From the IMG/VR virus record IMGVR_UViG_3300037010_002464: DNA of 64,000 nucleotides. One strand, written 5' to 3'. Below the pieces are notes generated by a model. That model worked only from the letters and a program-made list of their open reading frames with translations, searched no databases and was not told the origin of the DNA. This stretch comes from a virus. A program made the position numbers and the translations under genes. Of this stretch, positions 42,587 through 53,025 are shown piece by piece. Each line of letters begins with the position of its first letter. The first letter of the stretch is position 1.

Positions 42587-43833
42587 ATGCCAAAGATCAT
42601 CGTGATTGGCGGTGGGACATTCTCCCACGTACGAAACCACCTGAGCCTCTGCGCCTCTGCTTTCGGGGAGACGGCGCGTACGCTAGCCGAAACCCTCAGG
42701 GCCGAGGTCAGGAAGAGGGGCCAACGCTTCTACGGCGTTGACCTTTACCTGACCAAGATGGCGGACCCGACCTCGAAGCTGGTCACCAATGAGGATGTCG
42801 ACAAGCTGCTTGACAAGCTCATCGCCACCCTGATGTCCGCGCCATCATCTTCAACCCAGCGCTCGTGGACTTTGACGGCCATGTCGATGAACGCCGTGTC
42901 GCCTCAGGCAAGCAGAACGGCTTCGCACGGATGCCGGGGAGCAAGTGATGACGCTTCGGCCGGCGCCTAAGCTCATCGGCAAGATCCGCAAGACGCGCAA
43001 GGACATCTTCGTCGTCGGCTTCAAGACCACGACGGACGCCAATCCAGGTGAGCAGTATGCGGCAGACCTCAGGCTGCTGAAGACCAACTCGCTCAACCTG
43101 GTCCTGGCCAACGATACGATCACGAGGCGCAACGTCATCATCGCGCCTGAAGAGACCCAATACACACCGACCACCGACCGCACCTACGCTCTCAATACGC
43201 TGGTCGAGATCATGCTGTCTCGCATGACCAACACCTTCACCCGCAGCACGGTCGTGCCTGGCGATGCGGTACCCTGGAACTCTGAGCTGGTGCCTGTCAA
43301 CCTCCGCGAGGTCGTGGACTTCTGCAAGACCGTGCTCGGCAAGACCGCCGGCCACTTCGCCGTCAAGCTCAGCGACACCGAGGTGCTGACTAGCATCCGC
43401 AAGTCCAACTTTAACGAGCTGGCCAAGGTCGGCATGGTCAAGATCGTGAGCTCTGGCCATGACTCCGTCGTGGCACATGGCTTCAAGCCCTCAGTCGGTG
43501 GCCAGTCGCAGCGCATCGTCTTCAGCAAGCACCAAGACGTGGACTGCATCGTCCACTTCCACTGCCCCGCTAAGCGGACCTACGACATTGCCACTCGGTC
43601 CCAGTGGCAAAACGAGTGCGGCTCGCATCAATGCGGCCAGAACACCGCCGACGGGCTGCAGGTCGTTGACCTCGGCGACGGTGACCGGCTGAAGGTCGTC
43701 TACCTCGAGGACCACGGCCCCCAACATCGTCTTCGACCGCCATACGCCTGCTTGGAAGGTCAAGCAGTTCATCACCGACAACTTCGAGCTCGCCAGCAAG
43801 ACCGGTGGCTTGATTCCTGAAAGCGTGCAGTGA
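42587..43833 (+). pseudogene. CoaB/DFP-like domain fused to a class II aldolase-like domain; about 3 frameshifts
   Basis: IIVIGGGT..HVR.H, AL.DF, P.PKLI, VGFKTT, NLVLAND; then GHFA...IVHFH...HGPNIVF; breaks near 42828, 42920, 43720. Confidence 0.55.
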
Positions 43834-44102
43834 TGCTCAAGCTTGCCCAACTTCGCCCTGGCCTCATCCTCGAGAAGGATGACGCGCCTTACATCATCAA
43901 CACCCTGACGCTGGATGACGGTGACACCCTTTGGAACGTGTACCGCTACGACCAGGTTGACCCGGAGCCGTTCTTCACAGAGTCGGCTGACTGGTACATC
44001 GTCGTCGCCCGTGACACCCACAAGGGCTTCCTGTCCAAGGACTTGCTGCTCGTAGCGCTCAATGTCAACAGCTTCAACCTTGACCATGCCGAGATTGACT
44101 GA
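43833..44102 (+). CDS. Hypothetical protein
   Basis: Coupled start, phage-like codon usage. Confidence 0.55.
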   Translation: MLKLAQLRPGLILEKDDAPYIINTLTLDDGDTLWNVYRYDQVDPEPFFTESADWYIVVARDTHKGFLSKDLLLVALNVNSFNLDHAEID

Positions 44103-44424
44103 CTTCGGCAAGAGCGACGTCGGCGTCTTCCGCTACTCGCTCGTAGCGGTAGCTGACTTCAGCCGCATCGCCGAGCTCAAGGCCAGGGTGACGCTAACAA
44201 CCGGCGAGGTGCTGCCGCTCTCAGGGTCCCACGCCCTGGAAGCCGCCTACATCCTGCACCCGTCGGTGGTTGAAGGCCAACACCTTCGCTTCGCTCGCCA
44301 CGCATGGGCCTTGCATAACCTGCTCGGCCACCCGGTCATGCAGCTGCTCGCATTCTGCAAGCTATACAAGCAAGCGATGTGGGTCCATGAGGTCACCGTG
44401 CCTAAGTGCAAGAGCCCAGAGTGA
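44086..44424 (+). CDS. Hypothetical phage protein
   Basis: WALHNLLGHPVMQ motif; operon context. Confidence 0.55.
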   Translation: MPRLTDFGKSDVGVFRYSLVAVADFSRIAELKARVTLTTGEVLPLSGSHALEAAYILHPSVVEGQHLRFARHAWALHNLLGHPVMQLLAFCKLYKQAMWVHEVTVPKCKSPE

Positions 44425-44702
44425 CGCCGACGATGGCCGATGCCGAGGTGACGGCCCAGCTGCTGCTGAAGATCACCGAGATGTCACCGAGGTGTCGCAT
44501 TGCTCTTCAGTGGCTGTCGTTGAGATGTGAACCTCATTGATCTGCCGCCCGCTTTCCGATGCTGTACCGATTTTGACAACAGTAAAGCTCAGCTCAGCGT
44601 CAATGTCATCAACATCGCTCGGCTAGAAAAGCTTGAAGCTGAGGTGCTTGTGCTCAAGCGCATGAAGAACCAAGCCGTCATACACAAAGTTCCAAAAATC
44701 AG

Positions 44703-44736
44703 TGTACAACCAACGAAGGTTGGGGTACAATAAATA
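44703..44736 (+). promoter_or_regulatory. Early promoter with overlapping TAAATA, driving the NAD salvage genes
   Basis: TGTACA-17-TACAAT, then TAAATA. Confidence 0.6.
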
Positions 44737-44782
44737 TGTCTGACGCACAAAGAGCGCGTCAACCCACCAACGGAGAGTTCCA

Positions 44783-45970
44783 ATGGCATCAGTAATCCCC
44801 ACCAAGAAGCATGAGGTTAGCGCCGTGTTTAGGGACGTCATCGTCTACAACGGTCGCTTCAATCCCTTCCACCTCGGGCACGCCCATGTCCTGCAAGAAG
44901 CGCTCAGGCGCGGCAGGTTGGTCATCGTGCTTGTCGGTTCAAGTGGCCTATCCCGCTCGCTGAAGAACCCCTTCACGTTCGCCGAGCGGAAGCAGATGAT
45001 CGTCCAGTGGTATGAACGCAACATGCCGCTGGATGACAGCTGGGGCACGCTCTCCGTTCGGCCGTCGCGCGACTACCCGTACAACGACATGCTGTGGCAG
45101 CGCAGCGTCCAAAGCATCGTCAAGACCGCAATCGAAAGCCGGATGTGGAAGGAGCAAGCAGCTCCTAACATCAACCTGATCGGCTCTGATCGTGACGAGA
45201 GCACCTGGTACCTGCACGCCTTCCCGCAGTGGAAGACGATCTTTGTCGAGCCCTACCGGCAGAACGGCGTGCTCAATGTGAGCGCCACCGACGTGCGTTC
45301 GTGGCTGTTCGGCGGCGAGGGGACTCACATCCCGGATGTCGTGCCTGACACAACACTTCTCAACATGGAGCGCTTCAAGAGCACGCCCGAGTTTGCATCG
45401 CTGGTCGAGACCTACAAACACGTCTGCGCCTACAAGGAGCGCGCCAAAGCCTACCCGTATCCGCCGATCTACCAGACGGTGGACGGCGTCATCGTGCAAT
45501 CCGGTCACATCCTCACGGTGGTGCGTGGCCACGAGCCTGGCAAGGGTCTTTGGGCGCTTCCTGGCGGCTTTGTGAACGCCAATGAGCGCCTCCGTAGCGC
45601 ATGCATTCGCGAAGTGATCGAAGAGACCAAGATCAAGCTGACCGAAGGCAAGGACCCAGTCAAGGTCAAGAAGATCACGACTGACATCCTGCGCGGCTCG
45701 ATCCGTGCGGAGCAGGTCTTCGACAAGCCGGACCGTTCGGACCGTGGCCGCACGATCACGCACGCCTACTTCTTCCGGCTCGATGACATGAAGCCGTTGC
45801 CCCAAGTCAAGGGCATGAAGCAGGGCAACACCGATCCTGAGTGCGACGTGATCGAATGCTTCTGGCTGCCGATCAGCGAGGCGCTCGAGCGCATGGACAT
45901 GTGGTTCGAGGACCACCACGCAATTGTTGAATGGGCCATGGGCCACATCGACCGCGAGACGTTGACGTGA
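44783..45970 (+). CDS. nadM: Bifunctional NMN adenylyltransferase / ADP-ribose pyrophosphatase (NadM-Nudix)
   Basis: GRFNPFHLGH, KNPFT..ER, SATDVR; Nudix box GGFV...E......REVIEET. Confidence 0.92.
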   Translation: MASVIPTKKHEVSAVFRDVIVYNGRFNPFHLGHAHVLQEALRRGRLVIVLVGSSGLSRSLKNPFTFAERKQMIVQWYERNMPLDDSWGTLSVRPSRDYPYNDMLWQRSVQSIVKTAIESRMWKEQAAPNINLIGSDRDESTWYLHAFPQWKTIFVEPYRQNGVLNVSATDVRSWLFGGEGTHIPDVVPDTTLLNMERFKSTPEFASLVETYKHVCAYKERAKAYPYPPIYQTVDGVIVQSGHILTVVRGHEPGKGLWALPGGFVNANERLRSACIREVIEETKIKLTEGKDPVKVKKITTDILRGSIRAEQVFDKPDRSDRGRTITHAYFFRLDDMKPLPQVKGMKQGNTDPECDVIECFWLPISEALERMDMWFEDHHAIVEWAMGHIDRETLT

Positions 45971-46146
45971 TCTACTACTGTCCAGTTCATCGGCTGTAGC
46001 TCTGACGACTATGTTTCTTCGGCATCCTCATCATCCTCTTCTTTGCCGTGGACATCCCAATGCTGCTCATTGGCAAGATTCACGAGCTGATTCAAAAGTA
46101 TCGTGCCACCCAAGCGGCAGCACCGTTCTTCCTGATTGGAGCAATC

Positions 46147-47598
46147 ATGACAACCCTGCAATTCAACCCCATCCTGGACACCGACAGCTACAAGCTGTGC
46201 CACGCCTTCGCCTACCCTGAGTATGTGAGGGGCATGTTCTCCTACATCGAAGCCCGCACCGGCGGTCGCGACATCATGGTCCCGTTCGGCCTGCAAGTCT
46301 GGCTGCGCGAGTACCTGTCGGTGCAGATCACGCTCGAGATGATCGACGAGGCTGAAGCCTTCGCCGCCGCCCACGGTGAGCCTTTCAGCCGTGACGGTTG
46401 GCTCAAGGTGGTTAACAAGTACAACGGCTACCTGCCCCTGACGATCCGCGCCGTCCCTGAGGGCACGCCGGTCCGCAGCGGCAACGCCTTGGTCACGGTC
46501 AAGTGCGTCGACCCTGACCTCTACTGGCTGACCTCCTACATCGAGACCTCGCTGCTCCGGGCCGTCTGGTACCCGACCACCATCGCCTCCTTGGACTACG
46601 ACACCAAGCTCGAGATCAAGCGCTTCTACGAGGTCGCTGGCGCCGACCTCGGCTTCCTGCCCTTCTCGCTGCACGACTTCGGCGCACGCGGCGTCACCAG
46701 CCGCGGCCAAGCCTGCATCGGCGGCGCCGCCCACTTGGTCAACTTCATGGGCTCCGACACCATCGATGGCGTTCGGACCGCGAACTTCTACTACGACCAC
46801 TCGATGGCTGGCTTCTCGGTGCGCGCCACGGAGCACAGCGTTGCCTGCTCTTTCGGCCTGTCTGTCGAAGATGAGATCGCCTACATCGACCACGCCCTGA
46901 CCAAGTTTGAAGGCCAAGGCAACATCATTTCCCTGGTCGGCGACACGAAGGACATCTACCGCTTCGCTGAACAGCTGTGCACCGTCTTCAAGGACCGCAT
47001 CATCGACCTGCACACCCGCCTGGGCATGAAGCTGGTCTGCCGCCCCGACAGCGGCGACGCCCTCGAGGTGATCCCGCGTGTGATGCGCCTCTTCTGCTCG
47101 GCCTTCCCGACCACGAAGACCAGCAAGGGCTACGTCAAGATGTATCCAGGCATCGGCATCCTGCAGGGCGACGGTGTTGACCGCATGACCCTGAAGACCC
47201 TGCTGGGCAACCTGATGGCGATGAACTTCTCGCCCGACAACATCGTCTTCGGCTCTGGCGGCGGCCTGCTGCAGAAGGTCAACCGTGATACCTTCAAGTT
47301 CGCGATGAAGGCTTCGGCGATCCTTGTCAAGGACACGAATACGAACAACCCGATTGATTTTCCGAAGGACCTCTGGGTCGGCATCGTCAAGGACCCGATC
47401 ACGGACCCGGGCAAGAAGTCCAAGGAAGGCGTCTTGACGCTGGCTCGATCGAAGATGACCGGTGAGTACTCGACGGTACGCATCGATCAAGGCCCGCTGA
47501 GCGACGAGTTCGAGGACGTGATGGTGACGGTCTACGAGTACGGCGTGCTGAGCAATCAAACCACACTGGACGAAGTCCGCGCTCGCTGCGCTGTATGA
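46147..47598 (+). CDS. nadV: Nicotinamide phosphoribosyltransferase
   Basis: LDTDSYK, LHDFGARG, ATEHS, RPDSGD, LQGDG, FGSGGGLLQ, KDPITDPGKKSK; start at 46147 after GGAG. Confidence 0.95.
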   Translation: MTTLQFNPILDTDSYKLCHAFAYPEYVRGMFSYIEARTGGRDIMVPFGLQVWLREYLSVQITLEMIDEAEAFAAAHGEPFSRDGWLKVVNKYNGYLPLTIRAVPEGTPVRSGNALVTVKCVDPDLYWLTSYIETSLLRAVWYPTTIASLDYDTKLEIKRFYEVAGADLGFLPFSLHDFGARGVTSRGQACIGGAAHLVNFMGSDTIDGVRTANFYYDHSMAGFSVRATEHSVACSFGLSVEDEIAYIDHALTKFEGQGNIISLVGDTKDIYRFAEQLCTVFKDRIIDLHTRLGMKLVCRPDSGDALEVIPRVMRLFCSAFPTTKTSKGYVKMYPGIGILQGDGVDRMTLKTLLGNLMAMNFSPDNIVFGSGGGLLQKVNRDTFKFAMKASAILVKDTNTNNPIDFPKDLWVGIVKDPITDPGKKSKEGVLTLARSKMTGEYSTVRIDQGPLSDEFEDVMVTVYEYGVLSNQTTLDEVRARCAV

Positions 47599-47784
47599 GC
47601 TAGGGAGCTCACATGACCCATGTGGGTCCCGTGATAGCGCATAGCCTAGCGCCGTAGCCCTATCAAGCCGAGGGCAGAACGGCGAGCCATCAAGCCCGGC
47701 GACACTGCTGAGGTCCAGAACATCCTGCGCACGATAGTCAAGGAAATCTTCGATGAGCGGTCATAAGGATGATTCAATCAAATA

Positions 47785-48405
47785 ATGCAACCCAATCCCA
47801 TCCTCATTGACCAAGACGGCGTGCTCGCAGACTTCGTGCTAGGGCTCTACCAGGAGCTCGAGCGTCGCCTCGCACCAGCTGACTTCGCTCACATGCCTGA
47901 CATGAACACGGCAGAGACCTTCTACGTTGAGGACTGCATCAACAGCGGTGATCCTAAGTATGACATCTGGCTGAAGAACCAGGTCATCCATGTCGTGGAT
48001 ACTTGGGAGGGCATGTTCCGTGACATCCCACCGATTCCCGGCGCTGTTGAGCACGTCCAACTGTTGCAGGACCTAGCAGCCAAGCATAACATCGGCGTCC
48101 GCATCTGCACAGCGCCGCACGTCGAGCACAAGACGTGCCACTCCGACAAAGCGGCCTGGGCGGCCAAGCACTTGGGAGACACCTGGGCCAAGCAGATGAT
48201 CATGTCGCACGACAAGACCGTCGTCCGCGGCTTGGTGCTGCTCGATGACAAGCCCAAGGTGACCGGCTCGCTAGAGCCCATGTGGGAGCACGTGGTCTTC
48301 GGCGCACCCTGCAACCGACACACCGATCGAATCCGGGTGGATGGCTGGTCAGAAGCCAGCGTCATGACGATCCTCAACCGAGCTCTGGAGCGTAACCGTG
48401 AATAA
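47785..48405 (+). CDS. 5'(3')-deoxyribonucleotidase (HAD, NT5C family)
   Basis: IDQDGVLADF, PIPGA, ICTAP, DKT...LLDDKP. Confidence 0.9.
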   Translation: MQPNPILIDQDGVLADFVLGLYQELERRLAPADFAHMPDMNTAETFYVEDCINSGDPKYDIWLKNQVIHVVDTWEGMFRDIPPIPGAVEHVQLLQDLAAKHNIGVRICTAPHVEHKTCHSDKAAWAAKHLGDTWAKQMIMSHDKTVVRGLVLLDDKPKVTGSLEPMWEHVVFGAPCNRHTDRIRVDGWSEASVMTILNRALERNRE

Positions 48406-48557
48406 GGGCCTTGCCTCCCTCGGGCTATGCGTTGTCGCATGCTACCTGCTCTACCTTGACCACTGCCGCGGCCGATCCACGAGGTCGTGTTATTTCCCAA
48501 GAACCACAAGAAGCGCTGCACCCTCTACTACGAGACGCCAGCTGAAAGGGACTTGCC

Positions 48558-49236
48558 ATGAAGATCGTTGTCACCGGCGGCGCCGGGTCAGATAAATCCA
48601 CGCTCATCAAGAGCCTCCGAGAGGCGCTAGGTTCGACCTTTGCTTACGCCAACGTAGACGACGCTGTTTGGGCGAACCCGCAGATCCTCTTACAGCCGAG
48701 CGAGCTTGAGACCTTCCGAGGCATGGTCAACGGCAAGACCATGGAGCAGGTGCGTGAGCAGGTGTTCACCGACGAGCGCTTCAAGTTCAAGCTCGAGGAG
48801 GTCTTCAAGGGCGCCGTTCGGTACCAGATCGAAGAGGCCATGGAGCACCTGGACTTGGTGCTCGAGTCCCGCTCTTGTATGAGCGCTTCGACCGCGAGCT
48901 CTATGATCGGTTTGACGCGGTCGTCGTGGTCGAAGCAGGCTATGATAACAACAACGAGCGGAAGCAGCGACTCAAGGCTCGTGGCTGGCAGCCACGATCA
49001 AGGGTGTGTTCAAGTCACAGATGACTGACAGCGCTCGGCATGACTTCATCAGCGTCATCAAGAACGGCCTTAAGGTTTTCAGAGTCAACACCGGCAAGAG
49101 CGATGTATCTGCACCGCATGATCGGCTCCCAGCCAACATTCGCTTCATCGCCAACTGGCTAAAGGGTGAGAGCTACAAGCGGCGCTTACCTACAGCCAAA
49201 GTGGGCGTTGTCGCCGGCTCGTTTGACCCGGTCACC
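48558..49236 (+). pseudogene. Dephospho-CoA kinase (CoaE)-like gene fused to a truncated CoaD-like N-terminus; decayed
   Basis: VTGGAGSDKST (G>D), VREQVF, E/VPLLYE, R..RL.ARG, SQM; then VGVVAGSFDPVT; frameshifts near 48865 and 48990. Confidence 0.65.
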
Positions 49237-49507
49237 TCAAGGGTTGGGAGCTCATGCTTAAGGCTTACACCAGCGATCCAGTCTGGCGCTACATCCTTGA
49301 AACCTACGGGAAGGATCCTGATGACTTCCAATGACCCGAGGCTCGCCACCGTCTGGTATCGTCGGTCGGTGAAGGGCAAATATGAGCGAAACCACATCGA
49401 AGACGGCCGCGTGGTGAAAGCCACGCCGACCATCAAGCATCCCGACCAAAGTGGCAATGGGAGCACGCGTTCCTGACGAGCGATGTGCCTCCGAAGCTGG
49501 TGTCACG

Positions 49508-49537
49508 GTTTACATTAGTCTCGGCGCTGAATATAAT
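49508..49537 (+). promoter_or_regulatory. T4-type early promoter (leaderless)
   Basis: GTTTACA-17-TATAAT, GTG 6 nt downstream. Confidence 0.75.
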
Positions 49538-49543
49538 CCAACT

Positions 49544-49837
49544 GTGACTGACCTCTGCCCGCTCTGCCACCGTACGCTCGGCCTCGAGAACATCGACCGG
49601 CATCATCTGGTGCCGAAGTCTCGTAAGGGCAAGGTGCAGGAGCCCATCCACAAGATCTGCCACCGCAAGATCCACGCCACCTACACCGAAAAGGAGCTGG
49701 AGAAGCGGTTTTACACATGGGATGAGCTGCGCGCCCAAGAGCCGATTCAGGTCTTCATCGAGTGGGTCAAGGACAAGGACCCGGCGTTCTACCTGAGCAC
49801 TCGCGAGACCGTTGAGCGCAAGGGAAAGCGGCGATGA
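49544..49837 (+). CDS. Small HNH-family protein
   Basis: CPLC...HHLVPKS...CHRKIH...EL. Confidence 0.75.
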   Translation: MTDLCPLCHRTLGLENIDRHHLVPKSRKGKVQEPIHKICHRKIHATYTEKELEKRFYTWDELRAQEPIQVFIEWVKDKDPAFYLSTRETVERKGKRR

Positions 49838-50137
49838 GCGGCGAGCTGTCTGATATTATCTACGACTACATTCGCTCGGCTCGCGGCGGCTGTCGTTGTC
49901 AGGACCCGGGCGCCTACCCACCTTGCAACAATTGCACCCGGGAAGAGACCATCGATGAAGTTGAAGAGGCTATCGAACAATGTGTTGGTCATGATGGCGC
50001 TGACAACCTCTCCAATGACGAAGTAGGGCGCGCTGCGCTGGCTGATCGAAGCTGAGATGCCCAAGACCGACTTCCTCAAGCTGCAAACTTGGCTCATCGA
50101 CGAATGTGACTACGAAGGCAAGATAGCCCCACCATGA
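49834..50137 (+). pseudogene. Cys-rich hypothetical gene, probably frameshifted near 50025; C-terminal FLKLQTWLID motif
   Basis: CRC....PPCNNC; second frame RWLIEAEMPKTDFLKLQTWLIDEC ends at ATGA of the next gene. Confidence 0.5.
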
Positions 50138-50973
50138 CCAAGAGCAAGCGACCCGTCATCCGCGTGGGTGACCGAATCCGCATCGTCAACTCGCGCTTCA
50201 TTAAGCGGGTCGGCTACCCGGTCATCTGGACAGACATCGCTCAGGACGTAGCCAAAGACAAGCGTACGCTTGCAGCTTACAGGCTGCTCGATGAAACGCT
50301 CACCGTCAGCAAGGTCACGACAAAGCTGCACCTCGACGCCGATGATGACATGTACGCGAATGACCCGCACTATCGTCGGTTTGTCCGCGCCGTGGCGATG
50401 AAGCGTGTCGAGCAGATGCGCTTCGGCGGTAACGAGCGCACGCTGCACTACTACATGACCGTTGACCGGACAGGCATGGGCTTGGGCAACCTGAATGAAG
50501 ATCAAAGGCTGGACATGACGGGCGAGATCATGACCGTCATCGGCAAGAAGGTCGCCAAGACGGGCATCAGGTTTGCACCGTGGAGCGGCACCTCTGGCTA
50601 TGACGGCGAATATAACTACGAGCCTGGAGGTCTTGAAAATGAGGTCACCCACGTCCTGCTCGACACAAGCCATGGCTTGATCAGCCGTGACGATGTCGAG
50701 CTCCTGAAGGATAAGGCCGAGCGAGTAGCGGACGCGATCAATGCCGCTTTCGGCAGGCTCTACGAGCCGATCACCATGCGCAGGCTCCAGGAGCTCCTAC
50801 ACGTGTATGACCCCGAACTGGTGCGCGAGGTTGCCCTGAAGCAGATCGCCGCAGGGAAGCTCAAGGTTGACGAGGGGTCGCAGCTGCTGCCCAGGCTGAA
50901 TCGAATTCCATCGCTAGCTGAGCTGCGCGCTCGCTTCGCTGGCATCCCTGAGCTCTCAGGGAAAGTTCGTTAG
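50134..50973 (+). CDS. Hypothetical protein
   Basis: 279-aa ORF with phage-like codon bias. Confidence 0.65.
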   Translation: MTKSKRPVIRVGDRIRIVNSRFIKRVGYPVIWTDIAQDVAKDKRTLAAYRLLDETLTVSKVTTKLHLDADDDMYANDPHYRRFVRAVAMKRVEQMRFGGNERTLHYYMTVDRTGMGLGNLNEDQRLDMTGEIMTVIGKKVAKTGIRFAPWSGTSGYDGEYNYEPGGLENEVTHVLLDTSHGLISRDDVELLKDKAERVADAINAAFGRLYEPITMRRLQELLHVYDPELVREVALKQIAAGKLKVDEGSQLLPRLNRIPSLAELRARFAGIPELSGKVR

Positions 50974-50977
50974 CCGG

Positions 50978-51796
50978 TTACTGATCAGCCATGTGATTCA
51001 TGTTGGCGTCGATCAGCGCGTGCTGAAGCTTCAAGAACGCCTGCCGCTTGTTCTCTATCTGTAGGTGCTCGTTAAAGAGCTTGAGGATGTCGTCGCGGTA
51101 GCCGATGCCTTGAAAGACAATTTGCCTCAAGCCTGGCACGAGCACCAGCCTAGGCGAGAGCTTGTGAGCCTCATTCGCGCCGACAAAGAGTAGTCCCGAA
51201 CCCTGCATTACAGTTGTACGCGGGAATCGAATTACTTCGAGCTTCTCACACCCGTCAACTACTAGCATATGCAGCTCTTTGGGCATGCTTTCGAGGCTAA
51301 TCAAGCCATTGCAATTGTTGATGTGCAACTCGGCAGGCTTGTGGTCTTCGAGACCTTTCAGCGTTGTCAGCATGTGCATGTTGATCAGCTGCAGCTCATC
51401 ATTGACAAGCGGAGCGCCTGTTAATGATGTCATGCCACAGTCGACAAGCTTTAAATTTTCAACTTCGAGTGGCCCATGAGCCATGTTAGCTAAGCCTGCA
51501 CAACCGTATAGCTTAATGTTTCTTAGCTGCGGAGGTAGATTGGCTAATGACTTGAGCTTGCTGCCTTTGGTTACGGTAATAGTTAGGCCTGGCCAGGCAT
51601 TGAACTTGACCTTGGCCTCCTCCCAGTGCTGAGGTAGCGTGATCGCTCGATCTCCGATGTCCTTTATCGGGCTGATCGAGCCATCAGCTTCAATGACAAA
51701 GTCATCACCTTCGTCAATGTTCGTAAAAGCGGCTGACATTACCGCACGCACGGCGACTTTGTTTGTGACAGTTTCGCATAGTGTTGAAAGCAGCAT
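50978..51796 (-). CDS. Leucine-rich-repeat late protein
   Basis: LKSLANLP, MTSLTGAP, LTTLKGL, LISLESMP repeats; TAAATA 4 nt upstream. Confidence 0.75.
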   Translation of the reverse strand: MLLSTLCETVTNKVAVRAVMSAAFTNIDEGDDFVIEADGSISPIKDIGDRAITLPQHWEEAKVKFNAWPGLTITVTKGSKLKSLANLPPQLRNIKLYGCAGLANMAHGPLEVENLKLVDCGMTSLTGAPLVNDELQLINMHMLTTLKGLEDHKPAELHINNCNGLISLESMPKELHMLVVDGCEKLEVIRFPRTTVMQGSGLLFVGANEAHKLSPRLVLVPGLRQIVFQGIGYRDDILKLFNEHLQIENKRQAFLKLQHALIDANMNHMADQ

Positions 51797-51800
51797 TGGC

Positions 51801-51813
51801 TATTTATTAAATA
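51801..51813. promoter_or_regulatory. Back-to-back late promoters
   Basis: TATTTA-T-TAAATA in a 24-bp gap between divergent ATGs. Confidence 0.75.
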
Positions 51814-51820
51814 AGCCAGC

Positions 51821-52459
51821 ATGAAACTCGTCACCCTTCTCGAATCAAACAAACTAAGGGCCGAGGCTCTGAAGCTTCAGCAAGCGTTCATCGACGCATC
51901 CGACGGCTTGCTCGATATCAAGCTTGCGCCGTATGACGGAGGCATTCTTATCATTGCACGAAATCCTAAAAACAGGACGGCTCATGTTGAAGCGTGGGTG
52001 CATAGCTATGATAGCGACCCTGACACGGTGCTCATTAACAGCAGAGGCAATAGCTGGCGTACAACTGATGAGCGCTATGTCTTAAGACTAACACGTCAAA
52101 TTTTACGTTATACGCTCGGGTGGCGACTTGAAGAGTGCAAAAGCTTCGGCAGCAGTATGCTCAAGCTGCTAAAGACAGGTGACTGGGCTCTTGGCTTTAA
52201 TGACCGCTGGTACAGCTTTGGAGCCAGAGTCAAGCACGGTGACCTCAAAGTAGGCAGCGAGTACTTTGTCGGTATTCAAAATCAGATTCAGATTCACATA
52301 TCGTACACTTTTACGCCGGTGCGCTATGAAGCTGCCGCTGTTAAAGAGGGCGCGCGTTGGAAGACGCCGGCTAAGTGGATCAGGTTGTATGAAGGCGGGC
52401 CGTGGAAATGGCCTGAGTCAGCGACACCCATATTCTTTGAGATGGTGAAATATGGCTAA
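51821..52459 (+). CDS. Late hypothetical protein (candidate internal head protein)
   Basis: MKLVTLLE N-terminus plus EALKLQQAFIDA motif. Confidence 0.6.
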   Translation: MKLVTLLESNKLRAEALKLQQAFIDASDGLLDIKLAPYDGGILIIARNPKNRTAHVEAWVHSYDSDPDTVLINSRGNSWRTTDERYVLRLTRQILRYTLGWRLEECKSFGSSMLKLLKTGDWALGFNDRWYSFGARVKHGDLKVGSEYFVGIQNQIQIHISYTFTPVRYEAAAVKEGARWKTPAKWIRLYEGGPWKWPESATPIFFEMVKYG

Positions 52460-52988
52460 GTACCTTCAGCTTCAAAAGCTCTCCACCGACCTGGCAAGCA
52501 CGTCGACCCTGCTGATCAACCAAGAGGACATCCTGATTGTTGATACGGTAGGGATGCAGAACAAGGTCACTCAGCTGGTCGAAGTCGTCTCACGTGTCGT
52601 GCTGGTAGGCTACCCGTCCTACACCTTCTACACACGGACACCGATGGCTGCGTTCGAGGCCCAGCTCAGGGCTATTGACTTCACCGGAGGGATCGGCTCA
52701 GGCTCGTCATGCTCGATGCCAGGCGTGCTTGACATCGTCACCGTTTCAGCGACCTACCCATCAGTCAAGCTGCTGCGAGTCAAGAACAATACCGTCGTGG
52801 TCACCGACCCGCAGGTTGTCAACTTGAACTACCTCTACTTCGCTGAAGAGGTCCCGTTTGTCGACGAGGAGCTCAATGTCCAAGTGTCGGCCTTCATGCT
52901 AACGCTGAAGGGACAGCCGAATGAGCGCTTCTTGGCCAAGGTCACGCTCGCTGAGCTGCAAGCCGCGCTAGATCCTACCGTCCTATAA
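52452..52988 (+). CDS. Hypothetical protein with two similar halves
   Basis: L.G.P...F......(A/E)..A.L occurs twice. Confidence 0.6.
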   Translation: MAKYLQLQKLSTDLASTSTLLINQEDILIVDTVGMQNKVTQLVEVVSRVVLVGYPSYTFYTRTPMAAFEAQLRAIDFTGGIGSGSSCSMPGVLDIVTVSATYPSVKLLRVKNNTVVVTDPQVVNLNYLYFAEEVPFVDEELNVQVSAFMLTLKGQPNERFLAKVTLAELQAALDPTVL

Positions 52989-53025
52989 ATGTAAAGTCGA
53001 GCGAACCAAGGATATAATCTCGGCC

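Noticed and set aside
44421-44540. MADAEVTAQLLLKI, resembling a DEDDh exonuclease ExoIII remnant
   Set aside because: Too short to support a call
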